Part shown: positions 12,873 through 23,376 of the stretch, in pieces | Layout of the letters: each line of letters opens with the position of its first letter | How positions within the stretch are numbered: position 1 is the first letter of the stretch | Source: an uncultured delta proteobacterium | GTDB taxonomy: Bacteria > Myxococcota > Kuafuiibacteriia > Kuafuiibacteriales > Kuafuiibacteriaceae | DNA: 64,000 bases | Reading direction: 5' to 3' | Assembly: GCA_963803435.1 (NCBI GenBank) | Contig: CAWDML010000003.1 | Coordinates: forward strand, 928,001-992,000 | Program-made: the position numbers and the translations under genes | The notes under the pieces: generated by a model | The model's input: only the letters and a program-made list of their open reading frames with translations | What the model was told of the DNA's origin: nothing | The model's database searches: none

Positions 12873-14330
12873 TCAGGTGGGGTCGTGCGGGAGGCTCCCC
12901 CGGGTGCTCCGCAGGTAGGCGAAGGGCGTGGTGTGGAGAAAGTTCGACACGCGCGAGAGGTAAACGTCGGCGTATCGCTCGACCTGTCGCGCGAGGTGGC
13001 TCTTGTCGTTTCCCGCGCGCAGAAGGAGGCCCCAGCTCCGGCTGGCGAGCTCCCCGGCGGAGCGTGCGAGCGGGCTGATGCGGCCGTCGAGCTCGGTCAG
13101 CTCGGTGCGGAGGGCGTTCAGGCGTTCGACGATGCGGTTCGCGTCGGCGTCGCTGTGGTGGTGGTTGATCCGCTGCAATGTCAACTTGAGTTGACACTGC
13201 TCCGCCTCCAGCTCCTCCTTGTCGTGCATCAAGCCCTCCAGATCCTGCTGCTCGGCGGCGAAGGAGGTGAGGGCGTCGAGCTCGCGCTCCAGCTCGCGGA
13301 GGATCAGGGCCGTGCGCCAGCGCTGAACCTTGTTGGACACGTGCAGGTCGCTGTAGATGTGGTCGCCCACGTATAGGATCTCGTCCCCCTCGACGCCCAG
13401 GAAGCGCTCGACGGCGTCGGCGGAGGCGCCGTAGAAGATGCTCCCCTCGGAGAGGCCCACGGCGGGGCGCAGCAGGCCGTCGTCCGTGACCACCTCCATG
13501 ATCGGGTTCTCGGTGGAGAAGAAGAGCGGCTTGCGCGCCCCCACGATCACCACGTCGAAGAGCGCGCGCCACCCGGTGCCCGCGGGGAGGTGAGGCTCGA
13601 AGGCGTACCGCATCATGGCGTCGGTGTAGATCCACTCGGAGTTGGTGATGAGGAGGATCCTCTTGCCCGACTCCTTCTGGTCGAGGAGCGCCAGCGGGGT
13701 CTCCGGATCGATCACGACGAACGTGTCCGGGTCCTCGATGATGTCCTGCTTCAGGCGGCCCTCCATGTGCGCATAGTCGAACGCGCTGCGGATCGTCGCG
13801 TAGAGATCTCGGTAGCCGTAGGGTCCCGAGAACGCTCCGGCGTCGAGCCGATCGACCAGCTGCGCGAAGAGGCAGGCCTCCGAGAGCGAGAAGAGCGTGT
13901 TCATGAACACGTAGCGGGGGTCCGCCAGCTCGACCATCGTGCGCGAGTACGCGCGGCGCAGATCTTCGAAGGGGATCGGGCGTGTTCCGTGCAGCGCACG
14001 GTTGACGTAGCCGAACCGGTTGGCCTTGAGGACGTTGCCGAGCTCGACGTCGATGATCAGCCCCCGGATCATCAGCTCCGGGTCGAACACCAGGCCCTCG
14101 ACCGGGAAGCCGCGCTCGCCCATCGCGCGCCGCACGTGCTCGTAGGCGTGCCGCTCCCACACCGCCACGACGTAGTGGATCAGCGTGTAGTCCATGTCGT
14201 AGCCGATCGCTTTGATGGCTCTCAGGTTGAGCGTCCGGTTGCAGAAGATTCGGCGCCGGGGGTCCACGGGGCCATTCGAGCCCACCGGGGACCGAGAGGA
14301 AAGCCTTGTGAACTCGAAGGCGTTCGTCAT
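12873..14330 (-). CDS. HAD-IG family 5'-nucleotidase
   Basis: IFCNRTLNL, GYDMDYTL, LLITNS, ARKPLFF, YVGDHIYSD and RYADVY motifs. Confidence 0.93.
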   Translation of the reverse strand: MTNAFEFTRLSSRSPVGSNGPVDPRRRIFCNRTLNLRAIKAIGYDMDYTLIHYVVAVWERHAYEHVRRAMGERGFPVEGLVFDPELMIRGLIIDVELGNVLKANRFGYVNRALHGTRPIPFEDLRRAYSRTMVELADPRYVFMNTLFSLSEACLFAQLVDRLDAGAFSGPYGYRDLYATIRSAFDYAHMEGRLKQDIIEDPDTFVVIDPETPLALLDQKESGKRILLITNSEWIYTDAMMRYAFEPHLPAGTGWRALFDVVIVGARKPLFFSTENPIMEVVTDDGLLRPAVGLSEGSIFYGASADAVERFLGVEGDEILYVGDHIYSDLHVSNKVQRWRTALILRELERELDALTSFAAEQQDLEGLMHDKEELEAEQCQLKLTLQRINHHHSDADANRIVERLNALRTELTELDGRISPLARSAGELASRSWGLLLRAGNDKSHLARQVERYADVYLSRVSNFLHTTPFAYLRSTRGSLPHDPT

Positions 14331-14341
14331 ATGTCGGCTCG

Positions 14342-15427
14342 ATGCAGATTGCACGACGATTGGTCCCGCTCTTCCTTGCGGCAGGCCTCTTTGGTTGCCC
14401 GAAGAACGGGGACCAAGCCTCGCCGCCCAAGCCGCAGAACGATCCGCCGCCCGCAGGTACCCCGATGGCGGCCGGCGAGATGCGCCTGGATCCGGCCACG
14501 GTCATCGCCACCTGGAACGGGGCGCAGATGACCTACGGCGAGCTCTACGAGAAGCGAAAGTCCGTCTTCGGAAAGCTCAAGCTCAAGTACATGCAGGACC
14601 TCTACGCCGCTGAGCAGCGCGAGGTGGAGTCCTACGTGATCGAGCAGCTGGTCGAGGCCGCCGCCAAGGCCAAGGGCGAGACGCAGGAGCAGTACCTGGC
14701 GGCGATCGCGAACGTCGCCACCGTGAAGGACGACGACATCCTCAAGTTCTACGAGCAGCGGGTGAAGCAGACCGGGCAGCCGCTCGAAGCGGTCAAGCCG
14801 CGGATCGCGGCCTACCTCATGCAATCGGCGCAGCAGGAGGCCGTCCGGGCCGAGTTCCACCGCCTCAGCGAGGAGGCGAAGCTCCAGGTCACCGTGCCGC
14901 CGCCGGAGGGCGCCACGGCCACCTTCGACGTGGCGGGCCGCCCGATGAAGGGCAAGGCGGACGCGAAGATCAAGATCGTGGAGTTCTCAGACTTCCAGTG
15001 TCCGTTCTGCGAGCGGGCGCGCGCCGACATCGGCAAGGTGGTCGCGGCCTTCCCGAACGACGTCGCGTTCTACTTCCTCCAGTTCCCGCTCGACATGCAT
15101 CCGAACGCGCACATCGCGGCGATCGCCTCCGAGTGCGCGAATCGCCAGGGCAAGTTCTGGGAGATGCACGACAAGCTCTTCGACAACCAGCAGAGCCTGT
15201 CGCCCGAGAGCATCGAGCAGTTCGCGCAGCAGGTCGGCCTCGACATGGAGAAGTACAAGGCGTGCAAGGACGATCCGGAGGTCGCCCAGCGGGTGGCCGC
15301 CGATCAGGCGCAGGGCGAGGGTGCCGGCGTCGAAGGGACCCCGTCGTTCTTCGTCAACGGGATCCAGTTCACGAAGGGTGTCCCCAGCGAGGACGACATC
15401 CGCGCGCTCGTCGGCAAGAGTGGATGA
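14342..15427 (+). CDS. DsbA/thioredoxin-fold lipoprotein
   Basis: Lipobox LFGC; [10 protein letters not shown]; [12 protein letters not shown]. Confidence 0.9.
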   Translation: MQIARRLVPLFLAAGLFGCPKNGDQASPPKPQNDPPPAGTPMAAGEMRLDPATVIATWNGAQMTYGELYEKRKSVFGKLKLKYMQDLYAAEQREVESYVIEQLVEAAAKAKGETQEQYLAAIANVATVKDDDILKFYEQRVKQTGQPLEAVKPRIAAYLMQSAQQEAVRAEFHRLSEEAKLQVTVPPPEGATATFDVAGRPMKGKADAKIKIVEFSDFQCPFCERARADIGKVVAAFPNDVAFYFLQFPLDMHPNAHIAAIASECANRQGKFWEMHDKLFDNQQSLSPESIEQFAQQVGLDMEKYKACKDDPEVAQRVAADQAQGEGAGVEGTPSFFVNGIQFTKGVPSEDDIRALVGKSG

Positions 15428-15876
15428 AGCTCGAGATCAACGGCCGGTTGCGGGAGGTCGCCTCCCCGCCCGGAACACCGTTGCTCTGGGTGCTCCGGGA
15501 AGAGCTGCAGCTCACCGGGACGAAGTTCGGGTGCGGGCGCGCGCTCTGCGGCGCCTGTACGGTCCACCTCGACGGCGCCGCCGTCCGCTCCTGCCTCCTG
15601 CCCGTGGAGGGCTGTGAAGGCACCAAGATCACCACCATCGAGGGGCTCTCCAGCCCGAAGCTTCACGTGCTCCAGGAGGCCTGGATCTCCGAGAGCGTCC
15701 CGCAGTGCGGGTACTGTCAGAGCGGGCAGATCATGACCGCGGCGGCGCTCTTGGCCGAAAACGCGCATCCCTCGACCGAAGAGATCGACGCCGCCATGTC
15801 GGGCAACATCTGTCGTTGCGGGACGTATCTCCGGATCCGCCGCGCGATCCGGCGCGCCTCCGAGAGCACGGGATGA
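15424..15876 (+). CDS. iorA: (2Fe-2S)-binding subunit of an isoquinoline/aldehyde oxidoreductase
   Basis: [25 protein letters not shown] and NICRCGTY motifs. Confidence 0.9.
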   Translation: MKLEINGRLREVASPPGTPLLWVLREELQLTGTKFGCGRALCGACTVHLDGAAVRSCLLPVEGCEGTKITTIEGLSSPKLHVLQEAWISESVPQCGYCQSGQIMTAAALLAENAHPSTEEIDAAMSGNICRCGTYLRIRRAIRRASESTG

Positions 15877-18056
15877 TCCCACCGAGGACCCGCCGCCAGC
15901 TCCTCCGCGACGTCGCGGCCGCCGGCGCCGGTCTGGTGATCGCGGTCCATCTGCCGGGTTGTATCAGCGGGCCCCGCGTCAACAGCGCCGGAGACTTCGT
16001 CCCGAACGCCTGGCTGCGCATCACGCCCGAGAGCCGGGTCGTCTTCATCCTCGATCGCGTCGAGATGGGTCAGGGCGTGATGACCTCGCACAGCGCGATC
16101 ATCGCGGAGGAGCTGGGGCTCGAGCCGTCGGATCTCGAGGTGGAGTTCGCCGAGGCGGATCGCAAGTACGATAACCCGGAGTTCGGCTTCCAGCTCACCG
16201 GTGGGAGCACCAGCGTGCACTCGTCCTGGGAGCCGCTGCGGCAGGCGGGTGCCGCGGCGCGCGAGGCGCTGATCAGCGCCGCCGCGGAGATCTGGGGCGT
16301 CGCCGAGGACACGTGCACGCTCGGCCGCGGCGAGGTCCTCCACCGAGAGACCGGCCGCAAGCTGTCCTTCGGCCGGTGTGCCGGCGATGCCGCGCGCCAC
16401 CTCGAGGGCGGCACCCCGGTCCCTCCGGAGCGATTCCGCGTGATCGGCCAGCCCATCCCGCGCCTCGACGCTGCCGCCAAGTCGACCGGCAAGGCCGGCT
16501 TCGGGATCGACGTCCGGATCCCCGGGATGCTCACCGCGGTGGTGATCCGCGGTCCCGTGACGCTGTCGAAGACGCTGCGCTCGTTCGACGGCGCCGAGGC
16601 GGAGAAGATGAACGGCGTCTCCAAGGTGCTCGAGATCCCGGGCGGCGTCGCGGTGGTCGCCGACTCCTACTGGCGGGCGCGCCAGGCGGCCGAGAAGGTG
16701 AAGGTCGAGTGGGAGAAGAGCGATCTCTCGAGCGACTCGATCCGCGCGCTGTTCCGCGCGCGCGCCGAGAAGCCGGGCAGGGTCGTGACCAAGGTGGGCT
16801 GGTTCGAGAAGGCCTTCGAGAAGGCGGAGAAGCGCGCGCAGGGCGTGTACGAGTTCCCGTACCTGGCGCACGCCACCATGGAGCCGCAGAACTGTACCGC
16901 CCACGTCCGCGCGGACGGTTGTGAGGTGTGGGCGCCCACCCAATCGCCGGGCGCCGCGCGGCTGCTGGCCTCCCAGATCACCGGGCTCGATCTGGAGCGC
17001 GTGAAGGTCGAGACGACGTTCCTCGGTGGAGGCTTCGGGCGGCGGATCGGGATCGACTACGTGGCCGAGGCGGTGCACCTCTCGAAGGCGATGGGCGCCC
17101 CGGTGCAGGTGATCTGGTCGCGCGAGGACGACGTCAGGCACGACATCTACCGTCCGGGCAGCTTTCACCTGGCCCGGGCCGGGATCACGGACGGGCGGGT
17201 CGCCGGATGGTTCCACCGGATCGTGGGGCCCTCGATCCTCTCCCGCGTGGCGCCGGAGTTCGCCGCCAACATCGCGAGCGGATGGACCAGCTCGCTCGGC
17301 TCGCTGGCCGGCAAGATAGCGAGCGGCCTGTACGAGGGTAGCCTGATCGATCAGACGTCGGTGGAGGGTGCCGCCGAGCTGCCGTACGCGATCGACGACG
17401 TGCGGGTCGAATACGCCTGGGCCGATCCGGGCGTGCCGATCGGGTTCTGGCGCTCGGTCGGACACAGCTACAACGCGTTCGTGGTGGAGACGATGATCGA
17501 CGAGCTCGCCACCACCGCCGGGGTCGATCCGGTGGACCTGCGGGTGCGGCTCCTCTCGAGGGCTCCCCGAAATCGAGCGGTGCTCGAGCTGGCCGCCGAG
17601 AAGGCGGGCTGGGGTGGGCCGCTGCCGGCCGGGCGGTTCCGCGGGATCGCGCAGCATGCGAGCTTCGGGAGCTACGCGGCCGAGGTCGCCGAGGTCTCGG
17701 TGAGCGAGGGACGGATCCGCGTGCACAAGGTGGTCGCGGCGCTCGACTGCGGCCGCGCCGTGAATCCGGCGATCGTGGCGATGCAGGTGGAGAGCGCGAT
17801 CGTGTACGGGCTCTCGGCCGCGCTCTTCGGCGAGATCGGCTTCGCGGAAGGCTATGTCATGCAGGGCAACTTCGACGACTATCCAGTGCTCCGCATGGAC
17901 CAGATGCCGGAGGTCGAGGTGCACCTGATCCAAAGCGGCGAGGCACCCTCCGGCGTAGGCGAGCCCGGCGTGCCGCCGATCGCGCCGGCGGTGGCCAACG
18001 CGCTGTTCGCGGCCACCGGTACGCGCCACCGCAGGCTCCCGCTCCGCCTCGGGTGA
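15873..18056 (+). CDS. iorB: Molybdopterin-binding subunit of an isoquinoline/aldehyde oxidoreductase (xanthine dehydrogenase family)
   Basis: Tat-like TRRQLL; [32 protein letters not shown] and GVGEPGVPP motifs. Confidence 0.9.
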   Translation: MIPPRTRRQLLRDVAAAGAGLVIAVHLPGCISGPRVNSAGDFVPNAWLRITPESRVVFILDRVEMGQGVMTSHSAIIAEELGLEPSDLEVEFAEADRKYDNPEFGFQLTGGSTSVHSSWEPLRQAGAAAREALISAAAEIWGVAEDTCTLGRGEVLHRETGRKLSFGRCAGDAARHLEGGTPVPPERFRVIGQPIPRLDAAAKSTGKAGFGIDVRIPGMLTAVVIRGPVTLSKTLRSFDGAEAEKMNGVSKVLEIPGGVAVVADSYWRARQAAEKVKVEWEKSDLSSDSIRALFRARAEKPGRVVTKVGWFEKAFEKAEKRAQGVYEFPYLAHATMEPQNCTAHVRADGCEVWAPTQSPGAARLLASQITGLDLERVKVETTFLGGGFGRRIGIDYVAEAVHLSKAMGAPVQVIWSREDDVRHDIYRPGSFHLARAGITDGRVAGWFHRIVGPSILSRVAPEFAANIASGWTSSLGSLAGKIASGLYEGSLIDQTSVEGAAELPYAIDDVRVEYAWADPGVPIGFWRSVGHSYNAFVVETMIDELATTAGVDPVDLRVRLLSRAPRNRAVLELAAEKAGWGGPLPAGRFRGIAQHASFGSYAAEVAEVSVSEGRIRVHKVVAALDCGRAVNPAIVAMQVESAIVYGLSAALFGEIGFAEGYVMQGNFDDYPVLRMDQMPEVEVHLIQSGEAPSGVGEPGVPPIAPAVANALFAATGTRHRRLPLRLG

Positions 18057-18058
18057 GC

Positions 18059-18766
18059 TCAGCCGTCGAGGAGCTTCGCGATCACCTCCGGCGCCTCGAG
18101 CACCGGGTTGTGTCCGGCGCCGGGGACGACCTCGCGCCGCGCTTGGGGCAAGGCAGCCTGCATACGCTCGGCGATCGCGGTAAACTTGGTGTCGAGCTCA
18201 CCGGTCACCAGGAGAATCGGACAGCGGACCTCGGCCAGACGCGGCCGATAGTCGGGCATCTCGGCGAGACCCATCTGTCGGAGAGCGTCCGCAAGTTGTC
18301 TTGCATTGTGGTTGCGCGCGATCTCCTGCTGCTCCGAGCGGACCGGCTCGGGCAGGCCTCGCTGGCTCGCGAAGAGCGGCTGGGCGCGCCACGCCTCCAG
18401 GAACGGCTCGATCCCCTCGTCCTCGAGGCTTCGGATCCACCGCTGGTCGGCGTCGCGTCGTGCGGCGCGCTCGGCGTCGTCGATCCCTGGATTGACGCCG
18501 ATCAGGATCAGTCCCGCCACGCGATCGGAGTGCTCGATCGCGGTCGCCAGCGCGACGCGGGCGCCGAGCGAGTAGCCTGCCAGGACCTCGGGCCGATCGA
18601 TGCGGCCCGCGATCCGCGCGACGGCGCCGAGGAACCCCTCCCCGGGCTGCGCCGGCGCGTCGGGTGCGTGGCCCGGCAGCGGGGGCGCCGTGGTCGCGCG
18701 CGCCAGCATTCCGCGCAGGCGTCGCCAGCTCGCGGGCGCGCCGGTGAAGCCGTGGAGGAGGATCAT
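18059..18766 (-). CDS. menH: MenH-like alpha/beta hydrolase (SHCHC synthase family)
   Basis: LLHGFTG, GYSLGARVAL, W..QPLFASQ, GELDTKF and AGHNP motifs. Confidence 0.75.
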   Translation of the reverse strand: MILLHGFTGAPASWRRLRGMLARATTAPPLPGHAPDAPAQPGEGFLGAVARIAGRIDRPEVLAGYSLGARVALATAIEHSDRVAGLILIGVNPGIDDAERAARRDADQRWIRSLEDEGIEPFLEAWRAQPLFASQRGLPEPVRSEQQEIARNHNARQLADALRQMGLAEMPDYRPRLAEVRCPILLVTGELDTKFTAIAERMQAALPQARREVVPGAGHNPVLEAPEVIAKLLDG

Positions 18767-19125
18767 TCGATCGTGTGTCCCAGCCGCCGGAGGCCGACTG
18801 CAGTGACGACCCAGGTCCAGGACAGGAGCGTGAAGGCGAGGATCGGCGGCGCCATCGATTCGCCGATCCCCTGCATCACGATCAGGTGGAGGTCGGGGCT
18901 CTTGGCCCACTCTGGCGTCGCCGGGACCTTGTGCATGACCGCGCCGATGTCGAGGAAGAGGCCGCTCAACGCGGAGAAGACCGTCGCCACCGTCATGGCG
19001 CGGATGAAGCTGATCTTCCGCTCGTCGGGCCGGTACGCGAACAGGCCGGCGGCGACCAGGGTGATCAGGCTGAGGAGCAGCACCACCCACATCGCCCAGC
19101 CGCCTTCGAGCATGAAGTTCATCAT
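18763..19125 (-). CDS. Small 3-TM membrane protein (MotA/TolQ/ExbB-like segment)
   Basis: FMLEGGWAMW start; three hydrophobic segments; GIGESMAP. Confidence 0.7.
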   Translation of the reverse strand: MMNFMLEGGWAMWVVLLLSLITLVAAGLFAYRPDERKISFIRAMTVATVFSALSGLFLDIGAVMHKVPATPEWAKSPDLHLIVMQGIGESMAPPILAFTLLSWTWVVTAVGLRRLGHTIE

Positions 19126-19135
19126 CGCCAGTGCT

Positions 19136-19198
19136 AACGCATGCGCCGGAGGAACGTGACGGGAAAGTTCCTTGTCACGGAGTCGGGGTGGGGACGTT
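19136..19198. promoter_or_regulatory. Two divergent ECF-type promoters, GTCACG-N15-CGTT
   Basis: Plus strand GTCACG 19174-19179 with CGTT 19195-19198; minus strand GTCACG 19160-19155 with CGTT 19139-19136; identical spacing. Confidence 0.7.
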
Positions 19199-19211
19199 GA
19201 AGCAGGGCGGC

Positions 19212-19760
19212 GTGGACGACCGGGAGCTGGTGGCCGCGCTCCGGCGCGGGGAGGCGGCGGCGTTCGACGTGGCCTATGACCGGCACCGCCCCCGGCTCTT
19301 CGGCTTTCTGGCGCGGTTGGCGGGCCGGCGGGACGTGGCCGAGGACCTGCTCCAGGAGACGTTTCTCCGGTTGGCTGCCCGCGCGACCGCGCTGGCGGAG
19401 GAGACGAACCTGAAGGCTTGGCTGTTCGCGGTGGCCCGCAACCTCTTCATCAGCCATCACCGGGCGCTGGTGGTGGACCTCGATCGGCTGGAGCGGTTCC
19501 GCCTGTTCCGCCGCGATCACGGCCCCACGGCGACGACGCCCTTCGAGGCGCTGGCGGGCTCCGAGACCGAGCGTCGGCTGGAGGCGGCGCTGGCCGCCCT
19601 GCCGCAGAAGTACCGGGAGGTGGTGCTCTTGATCGGCGTGGAGCGGATGAACCCGGCGGAGGCGGCGACGATCCTGCGCCTCAAGCCGGACGCGGTGCGG
19701 CAGCGTTTGTCCCGCGCCCGTGGCATGATGAAGAAGACCCTCGAGGGCACGGACCCATGA
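19212..19760 (+). CDS. ECF RNA polymerase sigma factor
   Basis: AEDLLQETFLR, WLFAVARN, LP..YREVVLL and VRQRLSRAR motifs. Confidence 0.92.
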   Translation: MDDRELVAALRRGEAAAFDVAYDRHRPRLFGFLARLAGRRDVAEDLLQETFLRLAARATALAEETNLKAWLFAVARNLFISHHRALVVDLDRLERFRLFRRDHGPTATTPFEALAGSETERRLEAALAALPQKYREVVLLIGVERMNPAEAATILRLKPDAVRQRLSRARGMMKKTLEGTDP

Positions 19761-20029
19761 CCGAGCCGCACGACCAGGATGCTTCGACCGAGGATGCGCT
19801 GATGCAGCAGCTCGCCGAGCTTCCCTCCGGTGACGTCGACGTATGGCGGGTCGAGCGGATCCGCGCCGGTGCCCATCGGGTGATGCGGCGCGAGGCGGAC
19901 GGCGTGTCGCGGTGGCTGGATCGGTTGGAGCGGATCTACGCGCGGACGCTGGAGCCGCTGGTGGTCTTCGGCGTGGGGAGCCTGTACGTGATCGCGGTGA
20001 TCCGCTCGGTGATCGACATTCTCAGCTGA
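19757..20029 (+). CDS. Putative membrane-anchored anti-sigma factor
   Basis: ATGA-coupled to the ECF gene; 90 aa with a C-terminal TM segment. Confidence 0.6.
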   Translation: MTEPHDQDASTEDALMQQLAELPSGDVDVWRVERIRAGAHRVMRREADGVSRWLDRLERIYARTLEPLVVFGVGSLYVIAVIRSVIDILS

Positions 20030-20041
20030 GCGCTGGGGCGT

Positions 20042-20944
20042 TCACGCGGCCAGCCGCTCGAGCTCGGGCTCGGACTTCGTCTCTTCCGACGGCTCCGGTG
20101 CATGGCGGCGGGCGCGACCCTCCTTCGCCCACTCGGGGACGTCGCGGAGGTCCCAGACCAGACCGACCCACGAGAGCGCCTTGAGGCCGTAGTAGCTCAG
20201 GTCGATCTCCCACCAGAAGAAGCCTTGCTTGGCGCTGTGCGCGTAGTGGTGGTGGTTGTTGTGCCAGCCCTCGCCCAGCGTCAGCAGCGCCAGCACCAGC
20301 GAGTTCTTGCTGTCGTCGGTGGTCTGGTAGCGGCGGCGCCCGATCAGATGTGTCAGCGAGTTGATGCAGAAGGTAGCGTGCCACAGCGCGACGATCGGGA
20401 CGATCACACCCCAGATCACGAGACCGCCGCCGCCGATGAAGTAGTAGACGAAGCCGAGGACGATCGCCGGCACCAGGTAGTGCTCGTTGAGCCACCGCAG
20501 CTCGGGATACTTCGCGAGGTCGCGGATCTTGTCCCAGCGCGTCTCGTTGTAGTCGCGGGCGAGGATCCAGCCGACGTGCGACCACCACAGGCCGCGCTGC
20601 GCAGGCGAGTGGAGATCTTCGGGCTGATCGGAGTGCTTGTGGTGGTGCCGGTGATGCGCCGCCCACCAGAGGACCCCCTTCTGCGCGGTGAGCGTACCGA
20701 GCAGCGCCATGACGAATTGGAACACGCGGCTCGTCTTGTAGGTCCGATGCGAGAAGTAGCGGTGGTAGCCCGCGGTCACTCCGAACATGCCGAGCAGGTA
20801 GGAGACCGAGAAAAGGATGATCCGACCGATCGTGAGGTCGGTGACGATCAGACCCGCGAGCGCGACCAAATGAACGATCACGAAGGGCAGCACAGCGATG
20901 CTGTAGCGCGGTGAGGTGGGGCTCGTGTTGGCTTCGCTTTCCAC
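20042..20944 (-). CDS. Acyl-CoA (delta-9) fatty acid desaturase
   Basis: His boxes GYHRYFSH, HHRHHHKHSD and GEGWHNNHH. Confidence 0.95.
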   Translation of the reverse strand: MESEANTSPTSPRYSIAVLPFVIVHLVALAGLIVTDLTIGRIILFSVSYLLGMFGVTAGYHRYFSHRTYKTSRVFQFVMALLGTLTAQKGVLWWAAHHRHHHKHSDQPEDLHSPAQRGLWWSHVGWILARDYNETRWDKIRDLAKYPELRWLNEHYLVPAIVLGFVYYFIGGGGLVIWGVIVPIVALWHATFCINSLTHLIGRRRYQTTDDSKNSLVLALLTLGEGWHNNHHHYAHSAKQGFFWWEIDLSYYGLKALSWVGLVWDLRDVPEWAKEGRARRHAPEPSEETKSEPELERLAA

Positions 20945-21017
20945 GACTGAGGAGAGCCTAAGCGGCCGATGTCATGACCAAGTCACGAGGCCGTGAGAAA
21001 GAGGCGAAGGGAAAACG

Positions 21018-21710
21018 TCAGGGGACAAACCGGTAACCGAAGCCGCGGACGGTCTGGATGTGCCGGGGCGAGTCGGGCTCGTCTTCCACCTTCTGGCGCA
21101 AGCGCAGGACGAAATTGTCGACCGTCCGCTCGGTCCCTTCGTAATCGTCGCCCCACACGCTCTGGAGGATCTGGTTGCGCGTGACCACGCGGTCCTTGCC
21201 CCGGGCGAGGTAGAGGAGCAGCTCGTATTCGCGGAAGGTGAGCTCGACCGGCTCCCCGCGCTTGGTGACGCGCCGGGTGGCGGTGTCGATGAAGACGTCG
21301 CCGAAGGCGATGGTGTGCTGCCGCCCCGGTCCAGAGGGCAGGCGCGCGCGGCGGAGCGCCGCGTTGATGCGGGCCAGGAGCTCGGGGAGGGCGAACGGCT
21401 TGGTGACGTAGTCGTCGGCGCCCAGCTGGAGACCGGAGACCTTGTCGCCCTGGTGATCTTTTGCGGTCAGGATCAGGACGGGGACGCGCACGTCCGTCTT
21501 TCGGATCTCGGAGAGGACCTCGAACCCGTCCTTCTCGGGGAGCATCACGTCGAGCAGGATCAGATCGGGGTGGTTCCGCTGGTGCTGCTCGATGCCGAGG
21601 CGGCCGTCGCGCGCCACCAGCACGTCGTACCCCTCGAGCTCGAGGTTGAGCTGCAGGCCGTTGAGGATCGACTCGTCGTCCTCGACGATCAGGACCTTCG
21701 CCTTACCCAT
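21018..21710 (-). CDS. OmpR-family response regulator
   Basis: DLILLDVMLP, GADDYVTKPF and winged HTH (RTVDNFVLRLRQK, TVRGFGYRF). Confidence 0.95.
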   Translation of the reverse strand: MGKAKVLIVEDDESILNGLQLNLELEGYDVLVARDGRLGIEQHQRNHPDLILLDVMLPEKDGFEVLSEIRKTDVRVPVLILTAKDHQGDKVSGLQLGADDYVTKPFALPELLARINAALRRARLPSGPGRQHTIAFGDVFIDTATRRVTKRGEPVELTFREYELLLYLARGKDRVVTRNQILQSVWGDDYEGTERTVDNFVLRLRQKVEDEPDSPRHIQTVRGFGYRFVP

Positions 21711-22639
21711 CAGGCTCGCTCCTTCTCTCCGCCGAATGGGATCACGATGGTGAAGGTGCTCCCCTCCTCCACCTTGCTGTCGAGGTCGATCGTCCCCCCG
21801 TGGGCCAGGACCACGTGGCGGGCGATGGCGAGGCCCAGGCCGGTGCCGCTGATCGCTTTCACGTCGCGCGCGTCCGAGCGGTAGAAGCGCTCGAATATGC
21901 GCGGCTGCTCGCGCTTGGCGATGCCCAAGCCGAAGTCGCGCACCGAGATCGCGAGCTTCCCGTTCTTCTTCCGCGCGGAGATCTCGATGCGCTCGGACTC
22001 ACCGCGATACTTGAGCGCGTTGGTGAGGAGGTTGACCAGCGCGTCGACCAGCGCCGTCGCGTCGACCTTGATCACGGGTAGGTCGTCCTCGATGTCCACC
22101 GAGAGCTGTACCTTTTTTTCGTGCAGCTGCGGCTGGAAGACGCTGATGGCCGAGGAGACGACGCTCTTCACGTCGACCCGCTGCCGGTCGAGCTTGAACG
22201 CGCCGGCCTCCATGGCGCCCCAGGAGAGGAGCCGTCCGATCAGGAGCGAGAGCCGATCGGTCTCCTTGCTGATCACCTCCAGGCAGTGATCGACCTGCGG
22301 GCGTTCCTTCACACGCCCCATGCGGAGTGTGTCGACGAACATGCGGATCGAGGTCAGGGGGGTCTTGAGCTCGTGGGAGACCTTCGACACGAAGTCGATC
22401 TGGAGCGCGGCCAGCCGGCGATCGGCGCGAATGCCGAGGAGGGTGACGGTGGCGCCGGCGCCCAGGGCGGCACAGAACATGACGAGGAGGAGCCCGATCG
22501 TCACCTCGAAGACGGATTGTTGATAGACGAGGATCAGGATGCCGCAGACCAGGATGGCGAGGGCCGGGATGGCGACCAGGGCCCAAACGCCCAGGCTGGA
22601 GGTCCGGGTCTTCGGGAGGCGATGCGTGGCGCCCGCCAT
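21710..22639 (-). CDS. Sensor histidine kinase
   Basis: Two TM segments, VSHELKTPL, NLLTNALKY, DFGLGI and GTGLGLAI. Confidence 0.94.
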   Translation of the reverse strand: MAGATHRLPKTRTSSLGVWALVAIPALAILVCGILILVYQQSVFEVTIGLLLVMFCAALGAGATVTLLGIRADRRLAALQIDFVSKVSHELKTPLTSIRMFVDTLRMGRVKERPQVDHCLEVISKETDRLSLLIGRLLSWGAMEAGAFKLDRQRVDVKSVVSSAISVFQPQLHEKKVQLSVDIEDDLPVIKVDATALVDALVNLLTNALKYRGESERIEISARKKNGKLAISVRDFGLGIAKREQPRIFERFYRSDARDVKAISGTGLGLAIARHVVLAHGGTIDLDSKVEEGSTFTIVIPFGGEKERA

Positions 22640-22725
22640 CCGGACGACCTAAAAGCTCCGTCGGGGCGGGGTCAACGCTGAACCGGTGTCGTGATACCGT
22701 CCCGCCCCATCCCAAAGGGGGCTAC

Positions 22726-23376
22726 ATGCAAATCGTACTGCTCGTCGTCGGTGTGATCGGCCTGGTCGGCGGAATCATCTGGCTTGGCCGCTACATGGAG
22801 AAGCGGCGGACGGAGAAGATGCGGGCTGCGGCAGCGTCGCTCGGCTACGCGTTCGAAGCGGAGCATGCGCCGGAGCTGATCCAGACGCTCGCACACTTTC
22901 CGTTGTTCCAGGTCGGACATGGCAAGAAGCTCCGCAACGTGATCGCCGGCTCGGACGGCAGTGTGGAGTTCAAGCTCTTCGACTACCGGTACACGACCGG
23001 ACATGGAAAGAACTCGCACACCTGGGTGCAGACCGTCATCCTGATCAAGTCGCGACGGCTGCGCTTGCCGTCGTTCGCGCTCAAGCCCGAGAACATCTTC
23101 CACAAGATCGGATCCGTGTTCGGCTACAAGGACATCGACTTCGAGACGCACCCCACGTTCTCGAAGAAGTACCTGTTGCGAGGAGAGATCGAGAGCGAGA
23201 TCCGCCAGACGTTCTCTCCGCCGGTTCTCGACTACTTCGACCAGAACCATAACCTCACGGTTGAAGGTTTTCAGGACGAGCTGCTGTTCTACCGCGCGTC
23301 CCGTCAGCTCAAGCCCGAGGACCTGCGACCGCTGATCGACAGCGGCATGCAGGTCCACCATCTCCTTGGTCGCTGA
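22726..23376 (+). CDS. Membrane-anchored hypothetical protein
   Basis: N-terminal TM; FDYRYTTG and DIDFETHPTFSKKYLL. Confidence 0.7.
   Translation: MQIVLLVVGVIGLVGGIIWLGRYMEKRRTEKMRAAAASLGYAFEAEHAPELIQTLAHFPLFQVGHGKKLRNVIAGSDGSVEFKLFDYRYTTGHGKNSHTWVQTVILIKSRRLRLPSFALKPENIFHKIGSVFGYKDIDFETHPTFSKKYLLRGEIESEIRQTFSPPVLDYFDQNHNLTVEGFQDELLFYRASRQLKPEDLRPLIDSGMQVHHLLGR

Noticed and set aside
11905-14511. 868-aa ORF suggesting a nucleotidase-EEP fusion
   Set aside because: The upstream part is an alternative frame over the 5'-nucleotidase gene; the EEP gene has its own ATG and signal peptide at 12828.
15717-18029. Long antisense ORFs (also 2048..3595, 34744..36507, 46428..48365, 51205..53166, 59232..60734)
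   Set aside because: Shadow ORFs typical of high-GC coding DNA, opposite well-supported genes and without family motifs.
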